In this document: positions 42,133 to 48,695 of the stretch, piece after piece
Layout of the letters: each line of letters begins with the position of its first letter
How positions within the stretch are numbered: the first letter of the stretch is position 1
Virus record (IMG/VR): IMGVR_UViG_3300029582_000014
Direction: 5' to 3' (one strand)
Length of the DNA: 48,695 nucleotides
Source of the DNA: a virus
Notes under the pieces: model-generated
The model's database searches: none
What the model was told of the DNA's origin: nothing
The model's input: the letters and a program-made list of their open reading frames with translations, nothing else
Position numbers and translations under genes: made by a program

Positions 42133-42364
42133 GCAGTAAGCACCGCCTTTCCCTGATTTTCTCAATCTCCGCCGGGTCCCCCTCGAACCGGAATCCCCAT
42201 TCTGTGACGGTCAGAACCGCCCGCGCTCCGGTGTACGTCCTCCCGCTGATCGTCAGTTCGTCAGCGTCGGAGGCGCACGCCGCGCAAGGCGGTTCGATCT
42301 CCACAAACAGGCTTCCAATAATGCAGGACAGTTCCCGCCGGGTACACGCAAAGTCCGTCAACAT
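42122..42364 (-). CDS. Small hypothetical protein between the fibre gene and avd
   Basis: 80 aa. Its ATG overlaps the fibre stop (ATGTTGA). Confidence 0.5.
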   Translation of the reverse strand: MLTDFACTRRELSCIIGSLFVEIEPPCAACASDADELTISGRTYTGARAVLTVTEWGFRFEGDPAEIEKIRERRCLLRGR

Positions 42365-43248
42365 TCAATGCGGTTCCGTTCCGCGTTCCAAATGCCCTTT
42401 GTCATTACAACCCCTTCAAGGGAATCAAATTGCACAAGGTACGGGTTTCCTGTGATATTCTCGAACAGGCCATCTTCCACGCGGGAAACGCGGCTTTCCA
42501 GCCCGGCAATCGCGGCCAGCGCCTCCGCCGCGTCCGCCGCGGCCTGCGCCGCCTGCTCCGCGCCCGCGCTCCACCCGGCCTTTTCCTCTGCCGTGGTGTG
42601 AATGTCCGTGTCCTCCGTGTGGTCAATCAGTCCGGAAATTGCGGTGTCGTAGTTTCCCATTGTGGTGGGGTTCACGTGAATGTCGCTGTTGTTGACGTGG
42701 GAATTCAGGTCGGTAACGTCCGCTTTCTTGTCAAACTCCGTTTTGTGGGCCGCGGCGGAAGCATTGTGGGTTTCAATGTCCTTCTTTGTGGCCGTAACCA
42801 CGTTCGGGTCGATGACAAAAGAGATCGCGCCCGTGTTGGAAACCTCAATGTGCATGGTCAGTTCGATTTCCCCGGCGGCTCCGCTGGTGATGATGACTTT
42901 TTCCGTGTCCGGCGTGTTGCATACGGCGATCATGTGCGGCCCCTCCGCGTCATCGTCGAACACGCCCATTTCCCGAATAGTCCACCCGCCCACGTCGGAG
43001 GGGACCACGGCCACAATGTCAATCATATTCGGGGATTGTTCGTTGACCTCAACGCGGGTCACGTCCCCGCGCCATTTTTCCCCCTTTAGCGCGGTCATGG
43101 TGGAATCCGGCTTGTAATAGCTTCCGCCGCCGTCACCGACGGCCAGCTTTACAATATTGACCTTCTGGCCCTCCATGACGGCTTGTGTGATAAGCTGAAC
43201 GCCTACGTCGGTCACAATGCTTCCGTATGTATTTTCGATTTCTGCCAT
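42358..43248 (-). CDS. Tail fibre protein (P2 gpH-type N-terminal collar domain)
   Basis: The N-terminus ..GSIVTDVGVQLITQAVMEGQKVNIVKLAVGDGGG..ALKGEKWRGDV.. is typical of the phage tail-collar fibre domain. It follows the gpI-like gene. Confidence 0.8.
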   Translation of the reverse strand: MAEIENTYGSIVTDVGVQLITQAVMEGQKVNIVKLAVGDGGGSYYKPDSTMTALKGEKWRGDVTRVEVNEQSPNMIDIVAVVPSDVGGWTIREMGVFDDDAEGPHMIAVCNTPDTEKVIITSGAAGEIELTMHIEVSNTGAISFVIDPNVVTATKKDIETHNASAAAHKTEFDKKADVTDLNSHVNNSDIHVNPTTMGNYDTAISGLIDHTEDTDIHTTAEEKAGWSAGAEQAAQAAADAAEALAAIAGLESRVSRVEDGLFENITGNPYLVQFDSLEGVVMTKGIWNAERNRIEC

Positions 43249-43250
43249 TG

Positions 43251-44015
43251 TTACGCCTCCGTTCTATTTTGTGGGAAGATTTCAAGTTTCCCCGTCTGCT
43301 GAATGTACCCGACGCACTGTACGCGCCATTCGGTGTTCATTTTCCGGTAAACGTGCGGGTAAATATCCACGCGCACCCCGAACGTGTGGGCGGCTCCGGC
43401 CTGCACGCGGGCTTCTTCCTCGATGTCCTCCGCAAGATACGGGAACACTTCAAGCCGCACGCCCACGGAATGCACCGCCGCGGCGAAAACGGTTGCCCGC
43501 TTCTCGATCTGGTAGCTGATCGCCTCCAAATGGGACCGGAGGTTTTTATAAAAGCGCACCCGCTCCAAAACCGCCGCCTGCCGGTCCGCCGAAACGCCCG
43601 AATCTGTCGCGCCTATGATGACCTTGAACATATACGGTTTTCCGCCGTACTCGAACCATTCCTTGACCTTCGTTCCGGGGTACACAGCCCCCAGCGCGGT
43701 TTCGACAGCGTATTTCGTTCCCAACTTCCGGTGAATTTTCACGCTGTCTTTGATGGTCTGCCGCTTGACTTCCAGCGGATAGGAATAATCGTACCAATCC
43801 ACGTGAAGGTCATAGGCGAGAATATCAAGAATCGGTTCTTCCAGTTCATCAATCCGGGCGTAAATGATATTTTTCCTGATCTGCTGGGCCGTTGTCTGCA
43901 ACTGCTCCGCGATCACCGTTGCAACGGCAAGCATATTCGGGTCGTTTTTCAGGACAGGGGGGAGGGCGCGGGTAAAGTCCACCGAATACAGGTCATTGTC
44001 ATTCACTCTCCGCAC
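43251..44015 (-). CDS. Baseplate / tail protein I (P2 gpI-like)
   Basis: 254 aa. Contains ..LPPVLKNDPNMLAVATVIAEQL..ILAYDLHVDWYD.. Synteny is J-I-H. Confidence 0.75.
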   Translation of the reverse strand: MRRVNDNDLYSVDFTRALPPVLKNDPNMLAVATVIAEQLQTTAQQIRKNIIYARIDELEEPILDILAYDLHVDWYDYSYPLEVKRQTIKDSVKIHRKLGTKYAVETALGAVYPGTKVKEWFEYGGKPYMFKVIIGATDSGVSADRQAAVLERVRFYKNLRSHLEAISYQIEKRATVFAAAVHSVGVRLEVFPYLAEDIEEEARVQAGAAHTFGVRVDIYPHVYRKMNTEWRVQCVGYIQQTGKLEIFPQNRTEA

Positions 44016-45123
44016 CCCCGTTCACAATCGAGGTTTCCCCGATCTGCGCAACGGCGTTGTCTGCAACGGTGGTAAAGGCCGGGGACCGCACTTCAACGCG
44101 CTTCACCCCGGCTTCCATCAGCAGTTGAATCAAATAGGACGGATTCACGTCCCGCCCCATGCGTTCGGCCTGCCACGTTTTGAACTTCTGCACCGCCGCG
44201 GCCACGTTCTCCGAAATTACTTCGTCGGACAACGCGCCGCCCTCTTGCGTGTAGTAGGTCACGTCAACGTCATATTCCACCGTTTCCGGCGCTTGAACGG
44301 TCACATAGTCGGTCAATGGCCGCACATTTTCGGCGCTCAAAATGCCCGCTACGGTGTCCAGCATTTCTTTTTCCGGCAATGCGCCGCCCACCAGCAGAAC
44401 CCGCACGTCTACTTTCCCCGGCTCCGGTGAAGTTGCTTTCACGTCCGCAATCAGGGCCGACGCGGATTTTGCGTAGTATTCATATCCGCCCAGCGGCCCC
44501 GCGGTGGAAAAGGTTTCGACGCTCTCCCGCATACGTTCATAGAACGCCGCGTCGCTCTCTTCGTCGGCTCCGCCCTCGCTCTCCGTGGTGTTTGCCACGC
44601 TTTGAAAATACGGGAAAACGTCAATGGGTTGTTTGATCTGCCCCGGAATGAACCCGTTTCCAATTTCTCCGGCCTGTGCGCACTCCGCTTCCACGTCTCC
44701 GGACAACTTTCCCGCCGGAATCGTCAGGTCCTCCGTCGTCTCAAACACAATTTCCCCGTCCGGCGTGGCGCGGGTCCCCGCCGGAATGGTCGTCGGCCCA
44801 TCCAGCGCGATTGACAGGGTATAGCGCAAAGTCGTTCGCGACTTTTCCGGCTCCAATCGGTAAGTGTCCTTGAACAGTTCCGCAAGGGAATCCAGATATT
44901 CGCCCTCTGCATACCGCGGCACGTTCTGTTTGGCCGAAAAGTCAATATTGACCCGCTCTTGAACGATAATATCTGCCACCCACAAAATGAAGAGACGCGC
45001 CGGGTCCGCCGGGTACAGCGTGCGGCCCGTGAACGTCTCATACCCTCGAATCAGGGCGTTTGCAATGGTTTCCGTGTCCGTCTCCACAAAGGAAATGTCC
45101 GGGTAACTCCTATTCGTCGGCAA
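43999..45123 (-). CDS. Baseplate J-like protein
   Basis: 374 aa, positioned between the gp25/W-like and I-like genes. Confidence 0.8.
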   Translation of the reverse strand: MPTNRSYPDISFVETDTETIANALIRGYETFTGRTLYPADPARLFILWVADIIVQERVNIDFSAKQNVPRYAEGEYLDSLAELFKDTYRLEPEKSRTTLRYTLSIALDGPTTIPAGTRATPDGEIVFETTEDLTIPAGKLSGDVEAECAQAGEIGNGFIPGQIKQPIDVFPYFQSVANTTESEGGADEESDAAFYERMRESVETFSTAGPLGGYEYYAKSASALIADVKATSPEPGKVDVRVLLVGGALPEKEMLDTVAGILSAENVRPLTDYVTVQAPETVEYDVDVTYYTQEGGALSDEVISENVAAAVQKFKTWQAERMGRDVNPSYLIQLLMEAGVKRVEVRSPAFTTVADNAVAQIGETSIVNGGAESE

Positions 45124-45430
45124 TGATATTCACCTCCACAACTGGAATCATCGACCCCGGCGTGTCTCCCAGTTCAAAGGTCACGTTTTCAACCTCCGCC
45201 CGCGGCTCAAACGCGCTGATTGCCTCCATGACCTCCGAAATTAGGATAGATTGTGCCGCCGGAATCGGCTTGTCAATAAAGCGTTGCGACAGCCCCAGCC
45301 CCCTTTCCAGAGGGACGGAGAATTTCGGCGTTGATATGATGACCGCCACGTTCTGTAAAATCTCTTCAAGCGTGCTTTCCGGCGCAAGGTTGACCGCTTC
45401 AAGGGCGAACGCTTTTACTGTATAGGCCAT
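45110..45430 (-). CDS. Baseplate wedge protein (gpW / gp25-like)
   Basis: 106 aa. Sequence and position upstream of gpJ fit. Confidence 0.7.
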   Translation of the reverse strand: MAYTVKAFALEAVNLAPESTLEEILQNVAVIISTPKFSVPLERGLGLSQRFIDKPIPAAQSILISEVMEAISAFEPRAEVENVTFELGDTPGSMIPVVEVNIIADE

Positions 45431-45442
45431 GTCCCGCCCCTC

Positions 45443-45844
45443 CTATCTGCTGGAATATGATTGCATGGTGACATTGACCGACGCGACAAGCAGGTTTCCC
45501 CATCTGTCATACCGCTTCAAGGAATTTGAAAGTTTCGTGATAACCCACTTGTTCGTCCCGTAGGCTTTTGGCCCGATAATCAAGTAATGGGCTTCGCCCC
45601 TTCGCATGGTTTGAAGCAGGTTCGCAACCTCTGAAATCGGGTTCACGCCCAAAAAGGCGGAAAAGAACATGGTAAATGTCATACTTTCCACGCCCTGCCC
45701 GGTAAACTCCAAAAGTGGCTCCTTCAGGTGTCTTTCATGTGTGGCATACTTCACCGAACTTTCCCATTTCAGGTCGTCAAATGTTTTGATCGAGGACCGG
45801 GAAACGTAAAAGGTAAAGTCTCCCCAGTTTCCAATCGTCGCCAT
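45443..45844 (-). CDS. GpU-like tail/baseplate protein
   Basis: 133 aa. The pattern ..W.Y..HER....LEFTGQG.E..TF...F... resembles the P2 GpU family. Confidence 0.55.
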   Translation of the reverse strand: MATIGNWGDFTFYVSRSSIKTFDDLKWESSVKYATHERHLKEPLLEFTGQGVESMTFTMFFSAFLGVNPISEVANLLQTMRRGEAHYLIIGPKAYGTNKWVITKLSNSLKRYDRWGNLLVASVNVTMQSYSSR

Positions 45845-45847
45845 AGA

Positions 45848-46183
45848 TTAAATACCCCCGATCACGAACCCGTCGCCGTCATCCGTCGGAAGGTAGATAC
45901 AAAGCACATAATCGCCCGGAGACGGTAGCCACGGTTTGATTATGACGGCGTGACTGTGGGAGGCAAAGGCCGCGTCTCCGCCCCCGCCGCTTTCTTCTTC
46001 CGTCCTCTGCGGGGCGTTTTTGGCCGGAATGAAGGGTGGGTTTTTCAGCACCTTCAAATTCCCGGAGACAATCGGCTCTTGCCCCTTGTCCCGAAATGTG
46101 ACGCGTGCGGTTCGCTCCGCCTCATTGACGGAGGAAACCCAACCCGTCCGCACAATATTTTTCAAAACTGATAATTCGCTCAT
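45848..46183 (-). CDS. Baseplate spike / assembly protein V-like
   Basis: 111 aa. OB-fold-like N-terminus (RTGWVSSVNEAERTARVTF), positioned after the gpD-like gene. Confidence 0.65.
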   Translation of the reverse strand: MSELSVLKNIVRTGWVSSVNEAERTARVTFRDKGQEPIVSGNLKVLKNPPFIPAKNAPQRTEEESGGGGDAAFASHSHAVIIKPWLPSPGDYVLCIYLPTDDGDGFVIGGI

Positions 46184-47217
46184 TAGTAGCCCTCCAAAAC
46201 CCGCCGCAAGGTCACGTCGGTTTTGTACCCGCTCCGCGAAATGCTGTGCGTTGCCGTTTCGATGATGTATTTCCCATCGAACGCGCCGTACCCCGCAACC
46301 TGCACCGTAACCCCAGCTACAAGGCGCAAGTCCCCGGCCAGTTTGAACGACGCTTTGAATTCACCCTTGTTCTTCTGCCGCAACCGCTTCATTGCCAGTT
46401 GCCGGGCCTCTTCGCGGGTGGAAACCTTTTCGTTGACTTCAAGGACCTGTCCGCTTTCGTCCGCGTCCCGCGGGGTGTAGGTATATTCAATCGTCGTTCC
46501 TGTGTTCGGGTCCGTATAGGACACGTGGCATTTGCTGTAAGACGCGTCATGCAAGCTGGTTGAAAATGACCAGTTTCCCACGTCCGCGCTCCCGCGTTGG
46601 ATGGTCCGCACCGCGTCTTTCTGCTCATAGTCCGCCGCGTCGAAAAGCACGATAATTTTTGCCGTGACTTTCAGCGAGATTCCAGCGGCCTTGCAAAGAC
46701 GCTGTAAAAACGTGATGTCGGATTCCTGCATTTGCTCTTTCCGGGGGTAGAACGGATTTGACGCGGATTCAAACATACAGGTAAGGCCGTTCGTCCCCGC
46801 GATCTCATTTGCAATACCGGAAAGGGTGTAGTTCTCCCACGCTTTCGTCTTTTTCTGCGTCCGTATGGTGGAGGAATAGGGGATTGACCCTGCCTTGATC
46901 GTCGCTTTTGCGGGTGGGCCGGACCCGTCCACAGTGTCTATTTCAAACACGCCGCAGTCAAGAACCCGGTCCTTTCCGTCGGATTCCCAGTTCTTTTGAA
47001 CGATCACGGCGGAGATTTCCGCGCCCTTTGACGCGGAGGGCGTATTCAGCCAGTTTCCCAGCCATACGCCCTCCCGGTCGTCAAGGGATAGTTGTAAATC
47101 ATCTGTTTTATCCTCTTCGTTGTCCGTGTAGGTCATCGAAAGAAGATTCCTGTTGATGTCTGCCGATATGTCCACACCCTCAAAGGTTAGGCGGATAACA
47201 GTTCTTCGCGCGTTCAT
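46183..47217 (-). CDS. Baseplate hub / late control D-like protein
   Basis: ATG at 47217 in an ATGA overlap with the gpX stop. About 344 aa. Synteny is X-D-V. Confidence 0.75.
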   Translation of the reverse strand: MNARRTVIRLTFEGVDISADINRNLLSMTYTDNEEDKTDDLQLSLDDREGVWLGNWLNTPSASKGAEISAVIVQKNWESDGKDRVLDCGVFEIDTVDGSGPPAKATIKAGSIPYSSTIRTQKKTKAWENYTLSGIANEIAGTNGLTCMFESASNPFYPRKEQMQESDITFLQRLCKAAGISLKVTAKIIVLFDAADYEQKDAVRTIQRGSADVGNWSFSTSLHDASYSKCHVSYTDPNTGTTIEYTYTPRDADESGQVLEVNEKVSTREEARQLAMKRLRQKNKGEFKASFKLAGDLRLVAGVTVQVAGYGAFDGKYIIETATHSISRSGYKTDVTLRRVLEGY

Positions 47218-47444
47218 GCCGTCCCCCTCTTCCACGGCGGCAACTCCGCCGAAACCTTTTCGTCTGGGTCCGGTATGGTCAGCACGATTCCGGCGGGGAA
47301 GAGGAAAAGGCGGCGGTATTCCGGGTTCTGCTTCATCAGCTTGTCCGTGTACGCTTCGTCGCCCAGTGTCTTATAGGCGATTCCGTCCCACATATCCCCG
47401 GCTATGGTGGTGTATTTAGTCATAATTCCGCCGCCTTTCGTCAT
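47214..47444 (-). CDS. Tail protein X (LysM-like)
   Basis: 76 aa. YTTIAGDMWDGIAYKTLGDE..LTIP is a gpX/LysM-like motif. It follows the TMP. Confidence 0.75.
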   Translation of the reverse strand: MTKGGGIMTKYTTIAGDMWDGIAYKTLGDEAYTDKLMKQNPEYRRLFLFPAGIVLTIPDPDEKVSAELPPWKRGTA

Positions 47445-48695
47445 CCTCCTGTTGCCGTTGCCGTTCGTCGATCTGGTCCAGCAACTCTTCGTCGTGCCTG
47501 CGCAACATTTCTTCGATGTCCTCCGCCTGCGCGTCGCTTCCCACGTGGAAAACGGGCGCGCTGTGGATTACAACCGACGATTGCCGCGCGCCAGCCGTCA
47601 CCGACGGGGCCGACACGCTGGGGGCCGTCGCGCCCGCATAGGCCATTTGCAGGGCCGGAACGCTTATGCCCGCCCGAATGGTGTTTACCGCGTTTGCGAG
47701 GTTTCGGAAAATGCTTCCCGTCTCCGCCGCATTGAAAACGGTCCGGTTCCGTGCATTGGTCACAAGTTCCGCGCCAGCTTCGCCCGCTATGAACGTGTCA
47801 GGCGTGTTCTTCGTGCCTTTTGCAAAGGTCGGAAGCAACGGGATATTGATTCCCTTTCCTCCGATTCCGGGGACCCAATCAGGAATTTTCAGCTTGTTCA
47901 GGCCGGAAATCACGCCGTTCACAAGGCCGATAATTCCGTTCAGTGCGCCGCTTGCAATGCTTTTCAGCGAATTCCAAACGCCGCTGAATATTCCTTTTAC
48001 GCCTTCCCAAACACGGGTCCAATCTCCGGTGAAAATGCCCGCGAACACGTCCACAATTCCTTTGATTGCGGTAAGCGCCCCGGACACAACCCCTTGAATG
48101 GTCTGTAACGCAACGCTTATGATGTTCTGAATGGTTGGCATAAGGAATTGAATCACCGACATAATCGCCGTTGCAATGGTGGAAACGACTGTTGCCAGCC
48201 CTTGCAGAACGGAAGCGATAGTCGGTGCCCACTCCGCGAACGCCTGCGCGATCTGCGGCAAAACGGTTTGAACAATGAAATTGAATAGTTGTTCCACAAT
48301 CGGGCGGACGTAGGTGTTCACAAACTCGATGAACCCCGAAAGGATATTCCACACAGTTTGAATAACTGTGATCGCCCCGTCAATGGCCCCCGTTGCTTCC
48401 TCCCCGAATAGGTTAATCAGGAAGTCCCGCGCGCCGCCCAAATTTCCGTCCGTGAAGATATTCTTGATGGTGTTCCCGATATTCGAGATCGCCGCAACCA
48501 CCTTGTCAAAGACAACCAGCCCGGCTTCCCCGAATACCCGCCCGATCACTTCACGCACTTTGTCCAGATTGTCCCGGAGGATTTGCACCGCCGAAACAAT
48601 CAGCATAACAACGCCCACCACGGGCAGAATCTTTCCAAGGATTCCGCTGAATGGTCCCAAAATGGCCCCGCCCAGCTTTTGAAGCGGCCCGAACA
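47416..48695 (-). CDS. Tail tape measure protein, C-terminal part (continuation of 2170..1 across the junction; 48597..48695 duplicates 1..99)
   Basis: The frame is open to the window end. The sequence is Gly/Ala/Ile-rich with repetitive helical character. The stop is at 47416. Confidence 0.85.
   Translation of the reverse strand, partial: FGPLQKLGGAILGPFSGILGKILPVVGVVMLIVSAVQILRDNLDKVREVIGRVFGEAGLVVFDKVVAAISNIGNTIKNIFTDGNLGGARDFLINLFGEEATGAIDGAITVIQTVWNILSGFIEFVNTYVRPIVEQLFNFIVQTVLPQIAQAFAEWAPTIASVLQGLATVVSTIATAIMSVIQFLMPTIQNIISVALQTIQGVVSGALTAIKGIVDVFAGIFTGDWTRVWEGVKGIFSGVWNSLKSIASGALNGIIGLVNGVISGLNKLKIPDWVPGIGGKGINIPLLPTFAKGTKNTPDTFIAGEAGAELVTNARNRTVFNAAETGSIFRNLANAVNTIRAGISVPALQMAYAGATAPSVSAPSVTAGARQSSVVIHSAPVFHVGSDAQAEDIEEMLRRHDEELLDQIDERQRQQEDDERRRNYD
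48597..48695. repeat. 99-bp terminal overlap identical to 1..99
   Basis: Exact identity on direct reading. Confidence 0.95.

Noticed and set aside
48597-48695. The terminal 99-bp repeat as a genuine packaging terminal redundancy
   Set aside because: It falls in the middle of the tape measure ORF and the terminase is lambda/cos-type. A fixed-length exact overlap is more typical of circular assembly closure. Reads are needed to be certain.

Overview
The window is a complete, circularly closed genome. Bases 1-99 are identical to 48597-48695, so the unique length is 48,596 bp. It is a temperate phage with a contractile tail, possibly a phage-plasmid. GC content is about 58-60% and ribosome-binding sites are GGAGG-type, which suggests a Clostridia/Firmicute-like host (inference only). 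Nearly all genes are on the minus strand.

Gene order on the minus strand:
- Packaging and head module, lambda-like (13408->6738): Nu1-type TerS, GpA-type TerL, gpW, lambda-type portal, ClpP/S49 protease-scaffold, gpD-like decoration protein, gpE-like major capsid.
- Neck genes, sheath, tube, and a tail chaperone with a -1 frameshift site.
- A tape measure gene of about 1116 codons that crosses the contig junction.
- A P2/Mu-like baseplate (gpX, gpD, gpV, gpU, gpW/gp25, gpJ, gpI) and a gpH-like fibre.
- A lysis cassette (38388->35360).
- An early/accessory region (31322->14687): IS30-family DDE transposase, HUH Rep, PAPS-reductase-like gene (frameshifted), radical-SAM, HD, RecU-like, ASCH, ParA/ParB and a late-regulator-like gene.
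- A short plus-strand block (31865-35431) holds a lipoprotein and small unknown genes. They are driven by operator-bearing sigma70-like promoters.

The stand-out system is a diversity-generating retroelement (DGR). An avd - template repeat (TR, 41584-41679) - reverse transcriptase cassette sits between two tail-fibre genes. It has two variable repeats whose differences from TR fall only on TR adenines. VR1 (39346-39441) lies in the middle of a 572-aa fibre/receptor-binding-like protein. VR2 (27154-27249) lies about 14 kb away in a 244-aa non-structural-looking paralogue in the early region.

No tyrosine or serine integrase, tRNA, rRNA or CRISPR array was seen.
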